Positions 1 through 10,900 of a stretch of 42,168 nt of DNA are shown piece after piece (the first letter of the stretch is position 1; each line of letters opens with the position of its first letter). The position numbers and the translations under genes were made by a program. The stretch lies in NCBI GenBank assembly GCA_032718475.1, contig JAUCBJ010001752.1, positions 1 to 42,168 of the forward strand, given 5' to 3'. A model generated the notes under the pieces. It searched no databases and had not been told where the DNA came from. It saw nothing but the letters and a program-made list of their open reading frames with translations. This DNA is from Nemertoderma westbladi. Its lineage: Eukaryota; Animalia; Xenacoelomorpha.

Positions 1-1599
1 TGGCTCGAATGTGTGTAATTTGTGACAAGTTGTGTGTGTGGTATTTGTGAGTTTATAGGTGAATGTTACTGCTAAGGTGTGTTTACAGTAGCCAGTAGCA
101 ATCGTAAAGTAACCTAACTCTCCAAGGAATACCTGAAGTACATCTAAGTCTTTGGGACGGACAGTCGAGTGACTTGTGCCGGTTGTCGTTGTCGTTGTGC
201 GGCTACGTCGTTGGCGAAAGTACAGCGGCGACGACACATCGGCGCTGAGGATCTCGTACTGTCCGGGGGTTAATTGGAGTAGGCAGCGACGCTCGCTAGC
301 CTGAATATAAACTCCTTATAATGTGGATAAACTCATATATAGCAGACATGACGGAGTTGATGGAAGATGTTCTTGGTATCGGGGAGCGATATACTCTACT
401 TTTGCAAGCGTTTGTTGATAGCTTAATACGCGGCGACGTTAGTCCAACTGCTGCGGAGGACGATGGTCGTTATATCGAACCGCCAATGTCCCAAGAGCAG
501 CTCACGCGTGAGTTGGACTATAGAAAATTCGCTGCTCGATATACGCGGCGTAATGGTATGTATATGGGCTTCTTAACTACTGGTCATCCTATCGATTTAC
601 ACAATACGGACTATGTCGACTATATATCCTGCCCAGCGGAGTCGGAACCATAAACGGAAATTCGAATGCGAATATTATATTCGAAATCGACTCGAAAGAA
701 AAGACACTTAAGAAACAAATGGACGCGGTAACTCCAACGTATATTTGGAATTCTTGATAGAAGCATTGTAACAACAAATAAATATCACCCGCGTTTACCC
801 TACCAGACGTGCGTCTTTGGTATTATTACGATAAATGCCCTAGACCCAACTAATAAACGGAAAGACATAAACATCCACGTAAACCGAAACTTGTTGACGT
901 ATCACCTATGCTCACTCGGCTCGAACGATCCTGGAGTAAACCTACGATCAGAGTCCAGGAATACTCGGTCAAACCTCCTCATTCCTTAGTTGGACCTCAG
1001 ACCTGCGATCCTGGTGGTGTCGCGGATCCTCGCGGACTGTATTCACTGTTCAAAGATCTAGTGCTACCCTAACAATTAATCGGTAACACTCCGACAGTGA
1101 TTTCTAGCTAGCCGCCCATCTTACCTAGCCGGATTGTGACGCGGACACCTAATATCACTATCCAACCATATGGTCGTCCACGTTTAACGCGATACAACCC
1201 CTCATCAAGGTGAAGGAGAGCGTTGTACGAAACGAGTTAAACGCTATTTTATAAAGATCAAAAGGGAAACCTGCGTTTGTTCAGATAAACGTAAGTTATA
1301 ACAGTAAGTCCAATCGATAAACGAATTGGCCTTATCTCAATTCGATTGGGAAATCCAGAATCTCTAAGAAGTTATCGAACTTGGACGATCCTATTCTCTG
1401 CGAGAGTTTTTGGATGAACGTATCCAGCTACGAGCGGAGGAAAATCAGCTCGAGGAGAAGCATATCGAAACGGCAGATACCTCGACCACAATCCTACACC
1501 TTCTGATGCAATCATATTGCACCCTTCACCCAGGAGTTATGGCCCTCCTAGTAAAGTGGCTCCCCCCAAAGAGAAAAAGACTCTTGCTAGCCTCAAAAA

Positions 1600-4492
1600 A
1601 CTGCGTAAACGCCGTCTGCGTAAAAAAGACTAACTGTTTAGAGTATCTTTATGTTTTAGAAACTGTGATTTTTATATTTTATAGACTGAAAATCCCATTT
1701 TCTGGGAGCGGTGTAAAAGCTTTTACTGAATTGTCCGGTTATTTTGCCTTATTTTTCCCGTAAAGTACTCTGTAGTTGGTTTACCAGGCATAAAAAGGCC
1801 GTGTCCTTGCTGTGCTGGTGTTTTAGCGGACATAAGAGCTATTTCTTCTGTATTTGTACTTTAGAGGACATAATCCGTAATTCCGTGACGTAAAAGCTCG
1901 ATACTCTTGAAAACAGTGTCGCTACTGTAAAAGCCTTTGCTGAATTGCCCCGTTATTTTTATTATCTTTTACATTAAAATACTCCGTAGTTGATTTAATA
2001 AGTGTAAGAGACCGTATTATTGCTGTATCTGTGTTTTTAGAGGATCTAAGACCTATTTCCTCTGTATGTGTACTGTGAAAGGCATATTTTATGATTCTAT
2101 GGCAATTCGTGACGCAAAAGGGTGATAGCTACTCTTGAACAGTAGTTACTATGACTACGGTTAACAGCTGACATTCATACGTGTTGATTTCCTTTGTTCT
2201 ACGGCGTCTCTCAGCTCAGTCAGCCAATGAGAGCGTTTTTGTGGCTCCTTGTACAGAGAATTTCCGAGAAATGACGAAATGCCTATGTGCAGTGTTTATT
2301 CATTCAGTCTTGAGCCAAAGAAAGAACGGCTTAGAAATATTTGGTGCTGTACTGCTTTTTAGTCGTACACTGGTAGGTTTAATTATAAAGGGCATATATC
2401 CTTTAACAAACGGACTGACGGAACTGCATGCCTATGTGCACTGACATACCGGTGCTGATTTGTTGTTTTATACTGCTATTTGCTGTCAGTTCTTCATAAT
2501 ATGGTTGATGAATTATTATATTTGGAATAACGATAAACAACCCCGAAACCCAATGTTCTTGATATACCGAAGGTAAGAGAGAAGGTTACAGATAAACGAT
2601 TGTGACTTATGTTAAAGTGGGTTGAAGTGAATCTAATGTTATTTGATAGACCCTACATGAGTCAGCCTGTGTTCCTTTTATATGTGACTAAAATCAGTGA
2701 AGATTGGCAGATTAGTGTGCAGTATTGTGCAGCATAGTGTATGAGTGAGTCTGTTAAAGAAGCAATTCCTAAAGAATGCGCCATATATGTGGATTATAAT
2801 TAAGCCATATCGTTGCGAGTAGTTTAAGTCATAACTCTGTTTATGTAGATAAAGCGCCACGTCCTAAAGGAACTGTTAATATTACCGAAGGTGAATAATA
2901 TTGTCAGAGATTATATAATACTGTCAGTCGAATAATACATTAGGCTTACATAGCAATAAAAATTAAACCGTCGAACCCAATCTCCCGGGAATATCCAGCG
3001 GGTGAATGGTCGCGCACGGATTGGTTTCGACTAGTGTAGTGAATCAAATACTTGTCATAGACTAAAAAGCGATTTATTATCTAGAAGACATTCTAATTTG
3101 GCGGGTTAAACTGCCAAAGGTCTGAAAGCGCGAACACTGTTCGCGCTTTTGAAGACCTTTAGCAGTTTAACCCGCCAAAATTTATATGTCTTTTAGTTAA
3201 TTAACACACCTTTAGCATACGACAATATTTTATGCTAATACGCAAAACATTAGCCGAAGCCAGCCCATGCGCGATCATTCACCCGATGGATCTACACCCG
3301 GGAGGCTGAATTCGGATGCTTAGATTTTATTATTGCAGTGTAAGGTTGCAGTGTAAACCTATTGTATTATTCGATAGATCACTAATATGTAATTTCTGAC
3401 AGATATTATTAACTTTCGGGAAATATTAACAGTTCCTTTAGGACGTGGCGCTCTATCTATTTAAACAGAGCTAGGACTTATACTAAACGCAACGATAAGG
3501 ATTATGATTAAAGTATAAGTCGCATTCTTTAGGAAATGCTTTGTTACCAGTCACATCACACTCACAATCATGCACACTATTCTGCCGACCGTCAGTATAT
3601 TTGATCACACATAAAGAGAACAGCAATTGACTCAGGTAGTGTCTACTAAATAACATTAGATTCAATACACACCACATTGATATAAATCGCAATTGTTATA
3701 TATAGCCCGCCTCTCTAACCTGTAGTGTATCAAGAAAATTGGGAATTTTGGGTGATTTATCCGTATTCTCCAAAGAGCAATATTTCCATCAACAAATAGA
3801 TACAATTAATAACTGACGGTAAATAGCAGTACAAACAATATGATTAGTGCAGTTAAATTAAGTGAGGTAACACCGCCGGTAACAGTTATACTTTCTATAA
3901 TCTAAGCAGTTTTACTAGAGTTCTTAGAGCCGGTGTTTCTGGCTTAGACAGCAATAACAACAAAGTATCAAGTAAGGCAGTAAGACTGAACACTCTCCTT
4001 ATGATCGGCTGAAAAGCTACACGTCGACAGGAAAAATCGCTCTGATTGGCTCAAGCCAAACAAAGAACTATGCGTCCAATGGCTGTTTCCATGTCAGCAA
4101 CCAGCTGTTAGATGTCGTAATATGAATCATCACGGCTAAGCTGTGAAAGGTAGTTGGTGCATTACAGGTTTTTTGCCTTACCATGTCCGCCAAAACACGT
4201 ATATAGCAGAATGACTTTTATGTCCGTTAAAACACCTGTAACGGTACCTTGCGGGCGAGGGGAATATATATACAGTTAGAGAACCTTTTTAGAGTATTCC
4301 AGCGCCTGGGGGGAAACTGGATTGCGAAGCAAAAGGGGCCAGTCATATCCCACAGAAGCTTTTACACTGACTCACCAGGATTCAGGAACCGATCTAACAG
4401 AGTATTTTCACTCCACATGCAAAATTTGTAATAGCTACAGTACTGCAGTATTTAGTCCTTTGTGTTTGTAGTGCGTGGGGGTTGGGGGTTTA
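1600..4492. repeat. Large imperfect palindrome (foldback), centre at 3137
   Basis: GCGCGAACA-C-TGTTCGCGC at 3128-3146; 2853-2883 is the exact reverse complement of 3422-3452 (31 bp); recognisable arm complementarity continues outward (about 2222 vs 4045, 1820 vs 4225, 1715 vs 4360). Outer boundaries approximate. Confidence 0.85.
1712..2141. repeat. Diverged tandem duplication, ~215-bp unit x2, in the left palindrome arm
   Basis: GTAAAAGCTTTTACTGAATTGTCCGGTTATTTT at 1713 recurs as GTAAAAGCCTTTGCTGAATTGCCCCGTTATTTT at 1928; both units also carry TACTCTTGAA near their ends. Confidence 0.8.
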
Positions 4493-4605
4493 CCAATATT
4501 CTGATATTACATCCACAATATACTCTCACTTACTATATTTTGGTTCCTTGAAAACTTAAATAGCATCGCGGCTGCTCGGTAGGTGCTAAAATGCACAACG
4601 GGCTA

Positions 4606-5164
4606 CACAATGACCAACAATGGGCAACAATGAGCAACAACGAGAAACAATGAGCAACAACGAGTAACAAATGAACATAACAATAGAATAACGAGCAACA
4701 ATGAGCAACAACGATCAATAACGAGCAACAATGAGAAACAACGGGCAACAATGAGCAACAATGAGCAACAACGAGCAACAATGAGCAACAACGAGCAACA
4801 ATGAGAATTGCATATATATTCGGGATTACTGAGATACATTATACTGTATAATGAATGTCGTGTAGTAATCTGTAAAGTGGTGTACTATTGTACACCACCT
4901 CATTGTTGCTCGTTGTTTGCTCATTGTTGCTCATTGTTTCTCATTGTTGCCCAATATTTCTCGTTGTTACTCATTGTTGCCCATTGTTGCTCGTTGTTAC
5001 TCAATGTTGCTCGTTGTTTCTCATTATTGCTCAATGTTGCCCATTGTTGCTCGTTGTTACTCATTGTTGCTCGTTGTTTCTCATTGTTGCGTTGCTCGCT
5101 GTTACTCATTGTTGCTCATTGTTGCCCATTGTTGCTCGTTGTTACTGATTGTTGTTCGTTGGTG
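4606..5164. mobile_element. Non-autonomous foldback DNA element with inverted arrays of a 10-bp repeat (CAACAAYGAG); CAC...GTG ends, CACTA/EnSpm-like
   Basis: (CAACAATGAG/CAACAACGAG)n at about 4613-4805 and its reverse complement (CTCATTGTTG/CTCGTTGTTG)n at about 4899-5160; TA|CAC...GTG|TA termini. Superfamily is inferred. Confidence 0.6.
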
Positions 5165-6580
5165 TAAGTTAAATAAACGAGAGTCACGAACTCAAGTTAC
5201 ATTTTCATTTTTGCTGTTGTCGGCAGTGGTTGTCGGCTGTCGGTTGTCGGCGTAGCGTTTACACCAATTTTTGGCGATTTTCCTCTGGAGGGGGATTTTT
5301 TGATTTCAGTCTATATCTGCTTTATTTATGTGAGGACCGCGCTGGAGAGAGTGCACGCGGTGGTGGTCTGGTGGCAAAGTTAGAGGGCTTATTCGATACC
5401 TACTGTTAAGGGTTGAAGTGGACTGTATGATACTGTAGGTAGAGAAATCAACTTGAGAATTGAATGTGAGGCGTTATCCACATGGATAGTGATAGAGAAA
5501 CTCGCATAAAGTACAATAATACAATAATTATTTTTTTATTATTATTTGCACAATAGTAAAATGTATTGTTGTAGATAAAAGGTCTAGATTAATAGTTTTC
5601 ATAATTATCAATAAAATTGTGTGTTAAAATATTATTTTATTATGTAGGATAAAAGTTAATATTATTGTCGTAAAATAAATTAAAGGCATATTCGAATACC
5701 GTATCATAATTGTAATAAATTGTAACGTAATATATAATTATCGTAAACATTGATTTGGAGTCGCATTAAATATAAATAAGAGTAAGTTTAATAAATAAAA
5801 ATATTGTCATTTGTTATTGTCGTAAAAAATACAATAAATAAATTAATAAAACAAATAAATAAATAAGTAAAAATATGTCGAGATCCAAGATTAGGTGTCA
5901 GAATAAAAGATACTATGATTGATTAAATGAAAACAGTTAGTGGGTTGTCGCACTAAATATAATTAATTAATTAATCTGGATCCCGTAAGTGATATGCCAG
6001 GCGTAGTGGTGTTGTCATCTGTGTCATGTATGTACAACATATTGCATGAGAAACGTCTGATGCAGACTCTTTGCAAAACTTGGATATACATCTGTACAAC
6101 TTGAGAATTCGCAGTTATAACTGCCGGATCTATAGATCAGTATTTTATATCCATAAGAATTTCGAATATTTAGTTCAACAGTGACAGGGTTAAGAAATTG
6201 TAGTACGGTTCGGCGTGCCCTTCCGAATCGGATCGGACGGCGGGCCACAATTCACTGGAGCGAATTACAGTATGTCGAATTTTTGAGGATTTGGTGGTCT
6301 AGTCTGTAACCTCCTCTCCAGAATACGCTCAAAGCATATCATCACGGTGGTGATGTGATGTGATGAATAGAATCAGTCTAACAGATACATTATATAACAT
6401 TATATAACAGAATATCGGGGACTATACTCTCATACATAAAGCTTAGTAATAATATAATAATAAAATAGTACACAATTGTGAACGTGTATGTGCACATCAC
6501 ATCACTGCAGTTGCCCGTGCATCATAACCTGACCTATAATACAGTGTGTGGTACTGGACTAGCGGAACTACCTACTGTCA

Positions 6581-6860
6581 GTAAAGTAAAGTAAAGTAAA
6601 TTATCTTCGGCCGCTAGGCCAGGGATTACGCACAAAGTCTGACGACTTTTTTCCAGTGCGGTCCCCCCAGAACTTTACTCCCCAGAGGAAACTCCAGTAC
6701 TCATTTAGCTACCACTTAAGGATGCAAGGCAGAGATGCGCCCTGGCTGGTCCCTTTAAAGCATTCGTGCCGAAACGAAAACTGCCCTGGCCCGTGTGAGG
6801 ATCAAACCCACGACCTACAGGAGATGTGAATTCAATGCAACCACTACACCAAGGTGGAAC
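6581..6860 (-). mobile_element. tRNA-derived SINE with degenerate Nin/Deu-like core and (TTTAC)n tail
   Basis: Minus strand: A-box-like GGTGTAGTGGTT, B-box-like GGGTTTGATCC, core ...GCCTTGCATCC...AAATGAGTACTGG similar to the SINE at 33309, tail seen as (GTAAA)4 on the + strand. Confidence 0.65.
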
Positions 6861-7306
6861 CTGTTGTCTGTCCCTACCACCTGAGTATGTAAACTAAAAG
6901 TGAAACAAGTTCACCGCTTCCTGTATAGGGAGAGCCGAGCCCTATAATATCCCAATACCCCCGTGCTAAGTTTGTTTCAGTCTAATGAACTGATAGCAAG
7001 ACTATGATTGATATTAGTCTATGTAGACGGTCAGGCGTACGCCTCAAGCGGAGTGCGGTATGTGCGACGATGTAGCTCGGTTGTTTCGTTGATGATTTTC
7101 GTCCGCGCATTGAACGCGCTTGGGTATTGGAGTGGTGTTAGTGCCGTCTTCGTGTAGCTTCGCCTAAAATGACGCCATTGGGGCTCGCGGGAGAGGCTTT
7201 GGTAGTGTCCCGGCCCGGAGTAAGTATCGGCGGTTCCTTGTGAGACGGAAGGAGTTCTAGGTTAGTATTTCCTGTTGTATCGTTTTACATCTGCGCGAGG
7301 CTATTT

Positions 7307-7861
7307 TATTCTATTTAACAAATTCACGCTCTAACTGATGGGAACATTCGAAAGTGTATTACGATTCCGCTGGCTATACAGTCAAACTTTTTTTAATGTA
7401 ATCCCATTTAAGTATGTATGTACGTAACAATTGATTGGTTTTATATTCAGTAGATTTTAACATATCTTATCTAATTTCTCTAGCGCACCGCAGAGATTGC
7501 GCCAAAGAATACTATACCGTAATGTTGGCGCTATGAAAATGTATATTTATTATAATATTTATAATATTTTAATGTATTTATTTAGTGTATTTATTCCAAA
7601 ATTCTAATTTCTAATCCATCTAGCATCTCTAGTGTGTGTGGTGGTATGGTAGGAAATATTGCATTCAACAAATTTTCTGCAGCGTGCATCTTACAAATGT
7701 TGTAGGAATATTTAAATTATTAGGTAAATGTATTCAACATATTGTAATGATTGACAGGAGATAAGACTTGAGTCTTGACACATGTAGAAGATTACCAAAG
7801 GAGAAAAAAATTCGGCAACAATCTTTCAGTAAGACATTTCAGCCAATTACATTGATAGACA
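7307..7861 (+). repeat. 555-bp direct repeat, left copy (putative very long target-site duplication of LINE-A)
   Basis: Matches 16697-17250 except A/G at 7445 vs 16835 and a small indel cluster near 7735-7741. Confidence 0.95.
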
Positions 7862-7906
7862 TTGCTTAGGAATTTTTGCTCAAATTAACAGTCGCAGAAC
7901 TGCACA

Positions 7907-10900
7907 ATGCCATCAATTGCCAGAACACCGGTTAAATTAAAAAGCCGGCTACCGATTCTTTGTCAACCCAATCAAGCTGAGCATAGGCCTCGACCATACA
8001 CTAGGAGCCGTGGGCCAATCGCTAAAGCAACGATCACGAATTTATCTGGACCCGAGGCGACGGTTTCGAGTTTATCGGGATCTGGGGCGACGATCACGAA
8101 ATTATCTGGACCCGAGCCAAAGGTTTCGAGTTTACCTGGTTCTGGGGCCATGATCTCCAGTTTATCGGGACTGGAGGCGACGGTTTCGAATTCACCTGGA
8201 TCTGGGGACATGATCTCGAGTTTATCGGGACCGAAGGCGACGGTTTCGAGTTTACCTGGATCTGGGGACATGACCTCGAGTTTATCAGAACCGAAGGCGA
8301 CGGTTTCGAGTTTACCTGGATCTGGGGACATAATCTCGAGTTTATCAGAACCGAAGGCGACGGTTTCGAGTTTACCTGGATCCGGGGACATGATCTCGAG
8401 TTTACCTGGATCTGGAGCGACGATCTCGACTTCACCTGAATCTAGGGCCATATTCTCAAGTTTATCGGGACAGAAGGCGATGGTTACGAGTTTACATGGA
8501 TCTGGGGCCATGATTACGAATTTACTTGGATCTGGGACCACAATCTCGAGCTTATCTGGATCTGGGACAACAATCTCGAGTTTACCTGGATCTCGGACCA
8601 CGATCACGAGCTTACCTGGATCTGGGACCACGATTTCGAGTTTACCTGGATCTGGGACCACGATCTCGAGCTTACCTGGATCTATGACCACGATCTCGAG
8701 TTTACCTGGATCTGGGACCACGATCACGAGCTTACCTGGATCTGGGTCCACGATCTCGAGTTTACCTGGATCTCGGACCACGATCTCGAGCTTACCTGGA
8801 TCTATGACCACGATCTCGAGTTTACCTGGATCTGGGACCACGATCACGAGCTTACCTGGATCTGGGTCCACGATCTCGAGCTTAGCTGGATCTGGGGCGA
8901 CAATCTCGAGCTCACCTGGGTCTGGGGCAACGATCTCGAATTTATCGGGACTAGAGGCGACGGTTTCGAGTTCTCCTGGATCTGGGGCGACAGTTTCGAG
9001 TTTACCTGGATCCGGGGTGACGATCTCGAGTTTATCAGGACTAGAGGTGACGGTTTCGAGTTCTCCTGGATCTGGGGCGACAGTTTCGAGTTTACTTGGA
9101 TCTGGGGCATCAATCCCGAGATTACATGGATCTGGGGCGACGATCTCGAGCTCACCTGGGTCTGGGGCAACGATCTCGAGTTCATCGGGACTAGAGGCGA
9201 CGATTTCGAGTTCTCCTGGATCTGGGGCGACAGTTTCGAGTTTACCTGGATCCGGGGCGACGATCTCGAGTTTATCAGGACTAGAGGCGATGGTTTCGAG
9301 TTCTCCTGGATCTGGGGCGACAGTTTCGAGTTTACTTGAATCTAGGGCGTCGATCTCGAGATTACCTGGATCTGGGGCGACGATCTCGAGCTCACCTGGG
9401 TCTAGGGCAACGATCTCGTGTTTATCGGGACTAGAGGCGACGGTTTCGAGTTCTCCTGGATCTGGGGCGACAGTTTCGAGTTTACTTGGATCTGGGGCGT
9501 CGATCTCGAGTTTACCTGGATCCGGGGCGACGATCTCGAACTCACCTGGGTCTGGGGCAACGAACTCAGATTTATCTGCATCCGGACCAATGATAATTTC
9601 GAGTTGGAATTTAATAGGCAAGACCAGTACACCCCAATACATAAGGGAGTGTGGGGGGGTGGATGACAACCCCGTGTGCATGACTCGAATGCACCAGCAA
9701 TCGGATTTGGGGTTTGAAGATATTCACAGTTCAATTTGTAAATCATATGATATAAGTAAGGCAGATATTCAAGTGCCAATTTGTGTTAATGACACTGTAC
9801 CAGTCTCACATACAATGTTTCACAATGCTACAGTACACACAAGTACTTGTACTTACCTCACTGCAGGGCTGTGTTCCAACCCCCCTTCCCACCCCATATA
9901 TGTTACCACATCTGACCCAAGAACTACTATAAATTATGTTCCAGTGTGTCTTGTTAATACCTCACAACCTACTGATCCACTATTTCAAAACACAGTCTGT
10001 AACGTCGCCACCCCATACGGTGATACTATCATGCACACAACCAGTAGATCTCACCATTGTCAATCAACATATAATCCCCCCCACACTCACTCTACGGTTA
10101 ATAATGTCACCGACATACGACCAACCCAATCAACCGCTACCCCAACTAATAAGTACAACAATACGCTGGTAACTAACAGGCCTGCTAGCACAGTGGACCC
10201 ACCAGAGGGGAGTATTGACGAAGTGTTGCCCGAGCTGCAAACCACAGACAGGCCCATAAACAAAGTCTTGGTAGAAGACCTTACATCTGATGGTCGCTGG
10301 ATAGTTAGAGATAAGCCCACAATTAGAGAGCTCACGTACCCTGTAAACAAGACCTTAAAACTCATTGACACTGTGACTCCTGCTATGAATTCTAGGAAAT
10401 GTACCACAAAAGAGGCACCATTAAAAAGAAAGGGAGGGAAAAATAATAACAAAGTCCCAGTTAATAAGGAAGCCCTCAATAAGGGACCGATCAGACACAA
10501 CAGTAAGGGAAAACCTGCCTCTATAGGAGTACCCAGCAACAACTCCAACACCTGCCCTAACAATGCAGACTCTACTAGCGACATAGAAATTATCGAATCA
10601 CCAACTCCACCAACCAATGCAACAGATGTCTCCCATCTTCCCCAGTCAATTGGCACACCAGGTCTCACCCAACCCTCATCAACTGTTCGAGAGGTACCGG
10701 ATTCTGAAACTGTCGAGTGGCTGGACGAATTTATTAACGTTTTCCCAGACTCCCACAATAGCTATAATGAACAGGACATAATCAATGCTGCAACACGTAA
10801 GCCAAGAACAACTGGCCTTACACTACTTAAACCCTATGACCCTGACTGGGCATACTTTGAGCCTGGTGTAAACCTCAGCACCACAATCGTCGACTCTTTT

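Noticed and set aside
4533-5255. Cys/Leu-rich ORFs (VAHCCSLL repeats)
   Set aside because: Translations of the 10-bp repeat arrays in several frames and both strands.
7333-7365. Hammerhead-like CTGATGG...GAAA in the direct repeat (Penelope pseudo-LTR idea)
   Set aside because: The core deviates from CUGAUGA, no stem I/III could be formed, and the enclosed element is APE-RT rather than Penelope-like.
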